Shown piece by piece: positions 54,979-63,961 of a stretch of 64,000 bases of DNA; the first letter of the stretch is position 1; each line of letters opens with the position of its first letter. The position numbers and the translations under genes were made by a program. The stretch covers positions 12,555 to 76,554 of the forward strand of contig DAIBTC010000001.1 in assembly GCA_027415345.1 (NCBI GenBank), given 5' to 3'. This DNA comes from Nitrospirota bacterium. GTDB lineage: Bacteria > Nitrospirota > Leptospirillia > Leptospirillales > Leptospirillaceae. Under the pieces are notes generated by a model. The model saw only the letters and a program-made list of their open reading frames with translations, did no database searches and was not told the origin of the DNA.

Positions 54979-55686
54979 ATGGCCAATTTCGAGGAGGAAG
55001 AGATGGAGACACGGGAAGCTGGCATGAAGCAGGAAATTTTTCTGGATGGGGAAAGCGTCGACCTAAACAGGGCGGAGGGAGAATCCTGGGTTCATGCCCT
55101 GGACAGGCTTCTTTTAAAGATTCCCGGCGGGAGGACACTTTCGGGGGTTCTTTTGAATGGGATGGCCGCGGGAAGACCTGAAATCGAAAAACTCGGAACG
55201 GGGGACCCCTTTCTCCTGGAGATTCGGACAGAATCGCTGGAGGTTCTCCTGAAGGAGGTGCTGACGGACCTTGTGGCCCATCTGGACAGTCTTATGGTGG
55301 TTTTTCAGGAAATCGGGAGCAACTTGCGGCGAGGGAATCTCCAGGCGGTCTTTGCTCCCCGGGACAAGAACCAGCCCGATGGGGGAGTCTACATGCAGGG
55401 TCTTGAAGGCATGGTCGCAGCCCAGGTTCTGGTGGAGGAAATCGGGCGCATCGAGACGCAATCGGGCCACGACAGTTTCCGGGTCTCTTTCATCGAGGAG
55501 ACTGACCGGATCGAATCCCTGCTTGGGGGAATGCTCAAGGCTCAGGAATCCCAGGACTGGATCCTCCTCGCCGACCTGGTTGAGTACGAGATCCTTCCTG
55601 TCCTGCAACGCGGAAGGGTGAAAACCTCCCGGGCCCTGGGGATTGTTCTCGAGGCCTGGCGAAAGGGAAACCTGGTCGTGGCCTGA
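54979..55686 (+). CDS. hypothetical protein, last gene of the island
   Basis: Clean ORF with protein-like composition. Start could be ATG 54979 or 55024 (the listed 54718 start overlaps the GT9 gene). No family recognised. Confidence 0.5.
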   Translation: MANFEEEEMETREAGMKQEIFLDGESVDLNRAEGESWVHALDRLLLKIPGGRTLSGVLLNGMAAGRPEIEKLGTGDPFLLEIRTESLEVLLKEVLTDLVAHLDSLMVVFQEIGSNLRRGNLQAVFAPRDKNQPDGGVYMQGLEGMVAAQVLVEEIGRIETQSGHDSFRVSFIEETDRIESLLGGMLKAQESQDWILLADLVEYEILPVLQRGRVKTSRALGIVLEAWRKGNLVVA

Positions 55687-55889
55687 TATTCCAGTTTCAC
55701 GGCCGGATAATCCCGCCTCTCGGCAACAAGTAAGAGGCGAAAGAGACTCCTGCCGCGAAAAATATAGGGAGAAGGATCTTCCCACCTAACCGAATTATGT
55801 CGGAAAAGACAAGTGGACATGATTGAAAACCCTCAAGAGGGGTCTTTCTCCATGCGCCGCAGGAGACCGGAGAGGGACCGAAGAGGACA

Positions 55890-58304
55890 GTGCACGACAT
55901 TGATCGTCAAGACGGGGAGCATCAGGGGGGAGGTGAGACGGGTTGGAGACGGATGGTTCCGGCCGATCTCCGGCAGTGGTTGAAAAGCCTCAATGGCCGG
56001 AAATTAACGGGCCTTTCCAGTTTCCGGGGCGGGCCAGTCTTTCCGGAAGGTTCGGGAGAGACATCCTTCCTTTTGCCCCGGGGAGAGACAGGGACCGGCT
56101 CCAGAGGATTTCTTCCGGCGATTGTTTTTTTGGCAGGAATGGTTGCGGGTAGTCCGGCCCCCGTTCTTGCCACCCCTCCCGGATATTGTAATCCGGCGGG
56201 CTCTCTCGGGACGACGATGGGGGGATGCCAGAGACCCCCAGCCCCTCCTGGACCCCGTGCAAGTTCGGGGCTCTCTGCTGGAAAGACATATTTCCTGACT
56301 CCGATGCGTTTTAGGGTCCGGACGAGGAAAAAGGACTGGAAGCCGGAGGCGAGGAGAAGCATCGTCGCCTGGGTGGCAAAAAGTCTGGTCTCCCGTCCAA
56401 CACCCGGAGAGACCGCCCTTCTCACCCCGACGGTGGGTTTTCTCGCTCAGACCGGATTCCCGGTCAGGACAATGAAGATCGGTCCATCGCTCTATTCGGT
56501 CACGGTCGATTCGAAGACCCTGAACGCTCTCGCCTACCGTCTTGTCCAGGCTATCGCGTCCGGGCCTCTCTCCTACCGGGTGAACCGCGCCGCCTTCACC
56601 GGAGGGGGAGAAAAGGAAAACAGGTTTGTCGAGAAGAATCTCCATATTTCTCCCGGGGGGGTGGTGGACATACAGAAGCTCTCCCACAGCCTTTACGCGT
56701 TGGGTCAGGTGCCGGGTTTTGTCCGGGCCGATGCAGTCTTTTCGCCCGCGGTGGGGGTAAAAGATGTCCGATTCGACCGTGCCGTCACTCTGGCCATTTC
56801 CGACCGTCAGTCGCATTCGCTTCCCCAGATCCGTTATCTGATTGCGCTCTACGTGGGAGGACGGGTGCTCGAAATGTCGAGCCGGCAGGCACGTGCGATC
56901 GTTCGGGAGGTGGCAGAGAGAGCATCGGAGCCCTGGTGGCAGCCGATGGAGATGATCTTTGCCCGGGACAAAAAGGGACGGATCACCCGGGTGACGGTGT
57001 CGCCGGAAGCCCTCGAAAACCTGAAAATCAGCCTTATTGAAATGGCACAGACGGGAGTGGACAGAAACAAAAGCTTTCAGGATCTGAAGCTTTCGACCGG
57101 AGAAATCCTTTCTGTGAAATTCCAGGAAGCCGGCCTTTCTGATGAGCCTGTCCAGCCCACGACCGGGGAGATCTTCCGTCCGCAGACCCAAGCTCCCGCC
57201 CTCGAGAATCTTCTGGTCCACGTCACCCCGGCCCCGCCTTTTGCCGGCTCACAGATCGAGATCGACAATTATGGCTACGCCCCGACAGGCGCCCTCATGC
57301 TCAACGCCACCGGGAATGTCAACAATGCCGGAGTTGCCGGGGGACTTTTCACTGTCATGGCCACGACCTCGTTTGGCGGCATGAACTCCGGGACGATCTC
57401 CTACTCTCTTCCGCTGGACCTCGCTAACCGGGTGGGAATTGACCTCTCTGCCATGAATTACACGCTGGGGGAAGGATTCTCCCCCTGGGGCCATGGGGCC
57501 AACTCAAGCCAGCTTGCCGCTCTGGGGGTCTCGGGAAGCAACTGGTCGGGAGAGGCCTGGGCCGTCCAGACCCTCTTCCAGAAGCCGGACCGGAGGCTGG
57601 TCCTCAAGGAGATTCTTTTCCTCAAGGAGTTCCAGGACACTTACTCTCCGACCTCCCAGAATGACCGGAGCCTTCTGGGAGGAACCCTCGATCTTTCGGG
57701 GTTCAAGACCGCAGGAAATATTACGGCCTCCTTTGATCTTTCCGACACGGAGTACGATCTGACCCAGGGGACGGGGTCAAATCCCGAAAACCCCTTTTTT
57801 TATGATACCCAGGGGCTCCAGAACTATCTGACGGCATACGGCCAGTTCAAATATGCCATCACCTCCCTCTGGTCGGTGATGCTCGGTACGGTGGACCAGC
57901 AGTCCTTCGGAGCCGGCGTGATCGACCCGATGCTCCAGGCGACATTGGGCGGTGTCTCGAATGTGATGGCCCTTCCCACAGCATCGCTTTTCGGAAACGA
58001 TCTTTATGTGGGAACGTTCTCCCTGACCCGGACCGACGCCGCAAAGCCCGGAACTTTTGCCTCCTCGCTCTTCTTCGATGTGGGAGAGGTGTCGGGGATC
58101 GGATTTGAGTATAGCGCCATGGGACCGGGGGTGGAGGAGAGCTTTTCCGCGCAGCACTGGTTTGCCCGGGCTGATCTGGCCATTCCAGTGGGGGCTCTTC
58201 CCACGCAGGCTCTAGGGTCCGACATCACGGCCCTGACCGGAGGAAACATAGGACAGGGAGGGATCCCTCTTCAGGTGTGGCTTTCCGCGGGGCTCAGATA
58301 TTGA
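55890..58304 (+). CDS. TpsB-type outer-membrane transporter (ShlB/FhaC family) with extended N-terminal region
   Basis: The C-terminal approx. 335 aa look like an Omp85/TpsB barrel (QIEIDNYGYAPTGALMLNATGN..., terminal ..WLSAGLRY). POTRA-like segments lie upstream. Start uncertain; a hydrophobic signal-like segment FLPAIVFLAGMVAGSPAPVLA is internal to the listed ORF. Confidence 0.65.
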   Translation: MHDIDRQDGEHQGGGETGWRRMVPADLRQWLKSLNGRKLTGLSSFRGGPVFPEGSGETSFLLPRGETGTGSRGFLPAIVFLAGMVAGSPAPVLATPPGYCNPAGSLGTTMGGCQRPPAPPGPRASSGLSAGKTYFLTPMRFRVRTRKKDWKPEARRSIVAWVAKSLVSRPTPGETALLTPTVGFLAQTGFPVRTMKIGPSLYSVTVDSKTLNALAYRLVQAIASGPLSYRVNRAAFTGGGEKENRFVEKNLHISPGGVVDIQKLSHSLYALGQVPGFVRADAVFSPAVGVKDVRFDRAVTLAISDRQSHSLPQIRYLIALYVGGRVLEMSSRQARAIVREVAERASEPWWQPMEMIFARDKKGRITRVTVSPEALENLKISLIEMAQTGVDRNKSFQDLKLSTGEILSVKFQEAGLSDEPVQPTTGEIFRPQTQAPALENLLVHVTPAPPFAGSQIEIDNYGYAPTGALMLNATGNVNNAGVAGGLFTVMATTSFGGMNSGTISYSLPLDLANRVGIDLSAMNYTLGEGFSPWGHGANSSQLAALGVSGSNWSGEAWAVQTLFQKPDRRLVLKEILFLKEFQDTYSPTSQNDRSLLGGTLDLSGFKTAGNITASFDLSDTEYDLTQGTGSNPENPFFYDTQGLQNYLTAYGQFKYAITSLWSVMLGTVDQQSFGAGVIDPMLQATLGGVSNVMALPTASLFGNDLYVGTFSLTRTDAAKPGTFASSLFFDVGEVSGIGFEYSAMGPGVEESFSAQHWFARADLAIPVGALPTQALGSDITALTGGNIGQGGIPLQVWLSAGLRY

Positions 58305-58371
58305 AAGCGATTCTGATAAAAGGGATGACGGCCCCGCTGCTTCCCTTCGACCTTTTCCAGGAGGAACCAAC

Positions 58372-59670
58372 ATGAAACGGACCCGGAGGCTCCAGACCTT
58401 TTCTCTCTTTCTGAAGGTCGTGGCCTGTACGCTCACCTTGGCCCTTCCGCTTGGGACAGGACCTTGGGTGGCCCTAGCTCTTCCGCACGGAGGGATCGTC
58501 GCAAAGGGAGCGGCCCCGGCCCCGCCTCGCCACAGTACGGGCAAACTTCTGGTATCCCGGAATCCAAATTCTGCCACCTTCATTTGGTCCTCTTACAAGG
58601 TGAAGGCGGGGCAGAGCGTGATCTACCTGATCCCCGGGTCGAAGGCGGTCTCGCTCAAGTATATCGGGGAAACCACTCCATCTTCCCTCAGCGGCCCGCT
58701 TACCAGTAACGGGATCCTGGACTTCATGAACTCTAACGGACTGCCCTTTGGCTCGGGGAGCCTGGTCAGCGGGTTCGGGGCCATGGCCTCCGGAAGCGCC
58801 AAGATGTCGAAAAGTCACACAGGGCCAGTTTCAAATGCCGGAAAGATCACCGTACCGAAGGGAGGGAGGGGGAGAGTGTCGGGGTCCTCGCTCGCCAACT
58901 CCGGGACGATCAAGGCCCCTGAGGGCAAGGTGCACTTGACAGCAGGGTTCACCGTCACACCGATTGCGACCACGGGAGTATCGTCCGTCGTCGTTATCAC
59001 CCCGGGAAAGGGCCTGGTGGATGATTCGGGCATTATCTCGGTTGAGCCAGTGAGTTTAAAGGCTGGAAGGAGTGTCTCTGATGCCGGGACAACGATAGCT
59101 TTCAAGGCCTCGGGCGATGGGTTGATTGGTCTTTCCCAAAAACAACTGTTGAAAAATGGGGCTGGTCGACCCGATGGCTCAGGTGGGACGAATGGACCCG
59201 GTGGCTCCGGGGGGTCGGGCGGTGTGAAGGGAACCGGGAATTCCGGAGGAGCGGGTGGGGCAAGTGGTCTTCTGGGTTCCGGCGGCGCCGGAGGGACGAA
59301 TGGATCTGGAAGCTCCGGAGGAACTGGAGGATTGAATGGCTCCGGGAGTTCCGGGGGTTCAAGTGGTTCCGGGGTCACTGGAAATCAAAGTACGATGGGC
59401 AGCAGCTTCAGCGGGTCTATCGGGACGTTGGGTATCACAATTGACAAATTTAACCCTGTCTTCCAGACTGTCAACAATATTCAGAGCCTTTCAGCCATTC
59501 CTGCCCCTTCTGCAGGGGATTCTTCCGGAGGTGACCTATCCCAGGCCGCATCTACGTCCAGTTTGTCAATTACGCTTGACGAGTCTAATTCAAGCTCCGT
59601 GACGGTCCTTCAACCGGCTTTGACAGGAATAGAGGATGGCGAAATCCTCTCCGCCCAGCAAGTAAAATAA
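58372..59670 (+). CDS. small TpsA-type exoprotein with TPS secretion domain and Gly/Ser-rich repeats
   Basis: Signal peptide; TPS domain LPHGGIVAKG...NPNSATFIWSSYKVKAGQSVIYL...LTSNGILDFMNSNGLPFGSGS (NPNL/NPNGI-type motifs). Confidence 0.7.
   Translation: MKRTRRLQTFSLFLKVVACTLTLALPLGTGPWVALALPHGGIVAKGAAPAPPRHSTGKLLVSRNPNSATFIWSSYKVKAGQSVIYLIPGSKAVSLKYIGETTPSSLSGPLTSNGILDFMNSNGLPFGSGSLVSGFGAMASGSAKMSKSHTGPVSNAGKITVPKGGRGRVSGSSLANSGTIKAPEGKVHLTAGFTVTPIATTGVSSVVVITPGKGLVDDSGIISVEPVSLKAGRSVSDAGTTIAFKASGDGLIGLSQKQLLKNGAGRPDGSGGTNGPGGSGGSGGVKGTGNSGGAGGASGLLGSGGAGGTNGSGSSGGTGGLNGSGSSGGSSGSGVTGNQSTMGSSFSGSIGTLGITIDKFNPVFQTVNNIQSLSAIPAPSAGDSSGGDLSQAASTSSLSITLDESNSSSVTVLQPALTGIEDGEILSAQQVK
59158..59382 (+). 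repeat. imperfect in-frame Gly/Ser/Asn-rich tandem repeats inside tpsA
   Basis: GGTNGPGGSGGSGG..GGAGGTNGSGSSGGTGGLNGSGSSGGSSGSG, read from the translation. Confidence 0.6.
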
Positions 59671-59704
59671 CCCGGTTCATTTCTCCGGAACATGTGGGTT
59701 GAAG

Positions 59705-59971
59705 GTGCTTCACATTCCAGCCGTCATGCTGAAGACGATATTGTTCGACCAGCGCCAGGGCTTCATCGACCGGAGCTCGTCGTGCAGAGACCTGGGTGAG
59801 GCGTTTGTCGAAAATCCCTTTCATCCCTTCTTCCTCGACCTGCCGGACATATCGGCGAAAGGTCCGTTCACTCATCCCCAGAATCCGACCGGCCTCTTCC
59901 TGCGTCAGCCGTCCTTTCTTCCATTCGTTCCACGTCTCTTCAAAGCGCATCTTCCGGATCTCCTGCAGCAC
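59705..59971 (-). mobile_element. truncated transposase fragment (N-terminal HTH only; ISNCY-like by recollection)
   Basis: MRFEETWNEWKKGRLTQEEAGRILGMSERTFRRYVRQVEEEGMKGIFDKRLTQVSARRAPVDEALALVEQYRLQHDGWNVKH resembles the HTH N-terminus of integrase-core IS transposases. Similarity stops at about 59705, and the rest of the listed ORF runs antisense into the tpsA 3' end. Confidence 0.55.
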
Positions 59972-60166
59972 GGTCGTTCAGTCCATCGGGGGCCCTCCTT
60001 TGACCCCTTATTGAACCGGACAACTGTTGTGCTAGAAAACCGGACAGATCATGAATCCTCTACAAATCAATCGTATCTTCTTGACCTCCCGGAATAAGGT
60101 GGTAAAATAAGAGTGTGGAAATCCGTGGGAACATCGTCTGATTGATCATCTGCCGGGGGAATCCGG

Positions 60167-60628
60167 GTGAGTGTCCAGACATTGGGAAGCCATGGAATTG
60201 AAGGATTGTCGGGGAGAGGGCGAATGCCTTTCTCTGAAAGCGCTGTTGCGCCGTCTTCGGTTTCCGGTCCTGGTTTTAGTCCGGCCTCTTCTCGTCAACA
60301 GGAAAATTTTTCGGATACGGGAGTCGTTTCAAGGGTTCTTGCGGGAATCGATACCGTGGGATCCCTTCCTGCCGTTGTTTCGGTTTACTCCCAGCCAATG
60401 GGTCGAAGCATTGTCACTGATGTTGTCGTCCACCAGACCGACCAGAACGATGGATCAAAAAATGTGGCAAACCATTGGCAGGGAGCCACCCTTCCCCTTC
60501 CCGAAACACCGGTCCAGGACGGAATAAGTGTCTCGGGGCTTCGTGTTGGGGCCTATGAGGAAAGTCGCATGGCCGCGAGGGAAGCATATATGATGTTCCA
60601 GGGGATGAAAGTTAATCAGACCGTCTGA
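60167..60628 (+). CDS. hypothetical protein
   Basis: 153-aa ORF in a lower-GC patch. No family recognised; a competing ORF in another frame (60171..60527) looks less protein-like. Confidence 0.35.
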   Translation: MSVQTLGSHGIEGLSGRGRMPFSESAVAPSSVSGPGFSPASSRQQENFSDTGVVSRVLAGIDTVGSLPAVVSVYSQPMGRSIVTDVVVHQTDQNDGSKNVANHWQGATLPLPETPVQDGISVSGLRVGAYEESRMAAREAYMMFQGMKVNQTV

Positions 60629-60654
60629 TTCTGAACCGGACTTTGGAGCCGAAA

Positions 60655-60864
60655 ATGGCCTTTGGAGTGAACGACGTCACGAACCTTGATCAGCCAGTGG
60701 GGCGCTCCGAACCCCAAAACCGTTCTGCCGAAAGGGTTGCGGTTAGAAGATCGGAAGAGACTCAGCGCCGTGATGAGGAAAGATCCAGAGTCCATGAGCA
60801 GGAGGCTCAAAGAGAGGAGCGGAAAAGCTCCGGAAAAGGTGGTAAGGTGGATTTTTTTGCCTGA
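60655..60864 (+). CDS. hypothetical small highly charged protein
   Basis: 69 aa, Arg/Glu-rich (RRSEETQRRDEERSRVHEQEAQREERK); GGAG 4 nt upstream of the ATG. Confidence 0.3.
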   Translation: MAFGVNDVTNLDQPVGRSEPQNRSAERVAVRRSEETQRRDEERSRVHEQEAQREERKSSGKGGKVDFFA

Positions 60865-60900
60865 GATTTCCCGTTTTCAATTTCCACGAAGGTCGGAACT

Positions 60901-61467
60901 GTGAGCGGGGAAGAAAGGGCGAAGAAGTTCTTTCATTCTTCCCTAAATGTCGATGACCGGCTCCCGCTTCTTTTCCTTCCCGGAATTCCGGCCACTGCAG
61001 CAAATCCCCCGTTTTCCCGCCGTAGACGACCACTGATCGCCTTTCCCCGGGCGTCGACCCTTCCCGAGTCGGAGATCCCGTGGGTTGGTCTTTATCAATC
61101 TCTCGATCTGCGCATGGGCCGAATCCTGGACAGCCTCGACCGCCTCTCCAAGGGGGAGCCCCTTCGTCTTCCCCGTGTCGTCCCTGTCAGGATTTCGGAA
61201 GGTGCGCTGACCTTCTTTTCGACGGAGGCCTTTGAAACCGGGGTCAAGGGAGGGCTGATCCTCGAGCTCCCCACGCTTCCACTTTGCGAAATTGATTGCG
61301 ACCTCTCCATCGTTCATTGCGATTCCTGGGACATTGACATGGAATCCTCTCCAGGAGGCTTTGCCGTGACGGGGCTTTGGAGCGGTCTCGAGGGGGAAAT
61401 GCGCGAGTCCCTTCTTCAGTATCTTGTTCTGCGTCAACGCGAAATTCTTGCCTTCAAGGGAAAATAA
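60901..61467 (+). CDS. PilZ-like domain protein (degenerate c-di-GMP motifs)
   Basis: Arg cluster SRRRRP, then a helical insert, then VRISEGALTF (xSxxG-like), a beta-rich core and C-terminal LLQYLVLRQREIL, as in PilZ domains. The canonical RxxxR and D/NxSxxG motifs are not exact. Confidence 0.45.
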   Translation: MSGEERAKKFFHSSLNVDDRLPLLFLPGIPATAANPPFSRRRRPLIAFPRASTLPESEIPWVGLYQSLDLRMGRILDSLDRLSKGEPLRLPRVVPVRISEGALTFFSTEAFETGVKGGLILELPTLPLCEIDCDLSIVHCDSWDIDMESSPGGFAVTGLWSGLEGEMRESLLQYLVLRQREILAFKGK

Positions 61468-61504
61468 CGCCTTCTCCTGTCCCAATTCCGTTCTATTTGA
61501 TCTG

Positions 61505-62677
61505 TCAGGGAAAGAGACCTTGGCCGGTGTGGCCGCGGGTTCCCTGATCCCGGACAATAACCCGTTCGCCCTCCGAAAGATTTCCGGTGACCATCGATAC
61601 GAGACCGTCTGTCGGGCCGATTTTGACCGGAACAGGGACGACCTTCCACTTCCCGGAAGATTCCTTCAAAAGAAAGACGAAATTGGTGTTTTTCTTCCGG
61701 ACCAAGGACTGGTCCGGGAGAAATTTTCGGGGAGGACGGTAGACAAAGGCCCCATTTGCAACGAGAAGGGCATTGGGGACATCTCCCGTGTGGATGGTGA
61801 CCATGGCCGTCATCCCCGGTTTCAGGAGTTTGTCGGGATTCGGGACAGTGGAGAGGACATCATAGGTCACGACGTGGGACACGGTCCGCGGGTGGTCCCG
61901 GACGACAGTGACCGATCCGTGAAAGATCCGGTCGGGGTAGGCCGGAACCTGGAACGAGACCTCCTGTCCTGGCGTGACCGCTCCGATGTCCGCTTCGGAG
62001 ACCCGGGTGTCCAGGCGCATCTCCCGGAGGTCATGGGCGATGGTGAAGAGGCGGGGTGTCTTGAAGGCGGAAGTGACCGTTTGCCCGATCTGGACCTTGC
62101 GTGCGATCACCACCCCGTCGATAGGGGCCCGGATCGTCGTATAGGACAAGTCGGTTTTGGCGAGTTTCAATGCCGCTTCGAGCTGTTTCCGGGTTGCAAG
62201 ATCCATCATGAGCTGGGCCTGGTCGGTGTCGAAAGTGCTTCGCGCAATAATATGATGGTCGAGCAGATCCTTGTCCCGGGACATCTGGATCCGGTCTAGG
62301 GTGATCTTTGTCTCCATCTTTGCAAGATTCGATTCGGCTTGGGAGACCTGGGCCCGGTAGATGGCGGGATCGATCTGGGCCAGGATCTCCCCGGCATGGA
62401 CGCGGGAGTTGAAGTCCACATTGATCCGGGTGATGATGCCGCTGACCTGGGTCCCCACATGAACTGTCTTGAGAGCCTTGAGGCGACCTGTGGCTGTCAC
62501 GGTCCTGTGGAGGGTTCCCCGGTGGATGGTCCGGGTGATGAAGGGAGGAGATGAGGGAGCGGTTTTCCTGAAATGGAAAAAGAGTAACCCTGCCCCGAAG
62601 AGGGCCACGAAAAGGATTGCGAGAGTCTTCGGATTTTTGAAAAATCTTTTCAAACGTTCATGCTCCAGACCTTGCAA
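61505..62677 (-). CDS. HlyD/MacA-family periplasmic adaptor (membrane fusion protein)
   Basis: N-terminal TM; lipoyl/barrel-sandwich motifs (VGTQVSGIITRINVDFNSRVHAGEILAQID, YTTIRAPIDGVVIARKVQIGQTV); coiled-coil hairpin. Confidence 0.88.
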   Translation of the reverse strand: MQGLEHERLKRFFKNPKTLAILFVALFGAGLLFFHFRKTAPSSPPFITRTIHRGTLHRTVTATGRLKALKTVHVGTQVSGIITRINVDFNSRVHAGEILAQIDPAIYRAQVSQAESNLAKMETKITLDRIQMSRDKDLLDHHIIARSTFDTDQAQLMMDLATRKQLEAALKLAKTDLSYTTIRAPIDGVVIARKVQIGQTVTSAFKTPRLFTIAHDLREMRLDTRVSEADIGAVTPGQEVSFQVPAYPDRIFHGSVTVVRDHPRTVSHVVTYDVLSTVPNPDKLLKPGMTAMVTIHTGDVPNALLVANGAFVYRPPRKFLPDQSLVRKKNTNFVFLLKESSGKWKVVPVPVKIGPTDGLVSMVTGNLSEGERVIVRDQGTRGHTGQGLFP

Positions 62678-62752
62678 GGGTTGACCCGATGAAGGGGCGG
62701 GGCCTTCAGTCCTGATTATACCGAAGTCTCCCTCTCTGTGTTTGTCCTGGAA

Positions 62753-63961
62753 TCACTCATATCTCAGCGCTTCCATCGGATCGAGCCTGGAGGCCCTCCA
62801 CGCCGGATAGAGCCCGAAGAGTATGCCGAGAAAGGTGGCCCCCACAACTGTCAACAGGGATCCCTCCCAGGGAATGGGGGCGGGCCAGCCGAGAAAGGAG
62901 CGGATGGCCAGGATCGACAGGATCCCCAAAAGCCCTCCCGCCAGTCCACCAAAAAATGAAAGCGCGGCACTTTCCGTCAGAAACTGCAGGAGGATATCCC
63001 GGGGCCGGGCCCCGATCGCCATCCTGATCCCGATTTCCCGTGTCCGTTCCCTTACTGAGACGAGCATGATGTTCAGGATTCCGATCCCTCCCACGAACAG
63101 GGAGATGGAGGCGATGAGCGCTAGCAGAACCGTCAGGATGAGGGAGAGCCGGTTGGCGGTCTTCGCAATGTCCGAAAGGGCCTGGATGTCGAAATCTGGG
63201 CGCCCTCCCGGAGGGATGTGGTGCCGGAGCCTCAGCAGATCCCGGATTTCGCGCTTGGCGTCGTCAACTCTCTCAGGACTTCCTGCTGCCGCCAGAATCA
63301 CGCCGACATAGGTGACCCCCATGATCTGGCTCTGGAGGGTGGAGAGGGGAATGACCACCATGTCATCCTGGTTCATCCCCATCGGGGACTGGCCTTTAGA
63401 GGAGAGGAGGCCGATAACCCGGAAGGGGGAATGGTTGATCTGTATGAAATTCCCGACCGGATTTCCAAGACCGAAGAGACGGGATGCGACGAGGCGACCC
63501 AAAACCGCGACGCGTGCTGCAGAGTCTTCCTCCTCAGGTCCAAAAAAACCGCCATGGGCAAGGTGCCAGTCTCGAACAGGGAGGTAGTTCGGTTCGGCCC
63601 CGAGGATGACCGTGGACCAGTTGGCATGAGGAGACTGGACCTGGGCCGCCGTCCGGAGAGCTCCTGAGGCATTCCAGACATCGGGACAGTCTTCCCGGAT
63701 CGCCTGGGCATCCTCGACGGTCAGGGTTGTATCGGTTCCTCCGCCCACTTGCGCGCCCGAATCGGTCACGCTTCCGGGAATGACGACGAGCAGGTTCGGA
63801 CCGAGGTTCTGGATGCTCTGGAGAACCAGGGCCTTGGCTCCGAGGCCGATGCTGACGAGGACGATGACTGACAGGACCCCGATAACGATTCCCAGGGAGG
63901 TGAGAATCGAGCGGTACGGATTTCTCAGGAGGGCCTTGAGACCTAAAAAGACCAGGAGCAT
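62753..63961 (-). CDS. MacB/FtsX-type ABC transporter permease
   Basis: N-terminal TM, large periplasmic domain, C-terminal FtsX domain (ILNIMLVSVRERTREIGIRMAIGARPRDIL...GLYPAWRASRLDPMEALRYE). Confidence 0.9.
   Translation of the reverse strand: MLLVFLGLKALLRNPYRSILTSLGIVIGVLSVIVLVSIGLGAKALVLQSIQNLGPNLLVVIPGSVTDSGAQVGGGTDTTLTVEDAQAIREDCPDVWNASGALRTAAQVQSPHANWSTVILGAEPNYLPVRDWHLAHGGFFGPEEEDSAARVAVLGRLVASRLFGLGNPVGNFIQINHSPFRVIGLLSSKGQSPMGMNQDDMVVIPLSTLQSQIMGVTYVGVILAAAGSPERVDDAKREIRDLLRLRHHIPPGGRPDFDIQALSDIAKTANRLSLILTVLLALIASISLFVGGIGILNIMLVSVRERTREIGIRMAIGARPRDILLQFLTESAALSFFGGLAGGLLGILSILAIRSFLGWPAPIPWEGSLLTVVGATFLGILFGLYPAWRASRLDPMEALRYE

Noticed and set aside
59158-59382. Repetitive GGN-rich DNA that could be mistaken for a tandem-repeat locus or CRISPR-like array.
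   Set aside because: The repeats are short, imperfect, in frame and encode Gly/Ser/Asn runs inside tpsA. There is no repeat-spacer architecture.
60171-60527. Alternative-frame 118-aa ORF overlapping the 60167..60628 hypothetical gene.
   Set aside because: Its Arg/Leu/Phe-rich translation looks less protein-like than the competing frame. Neither can be confirmed without homology or expression data.
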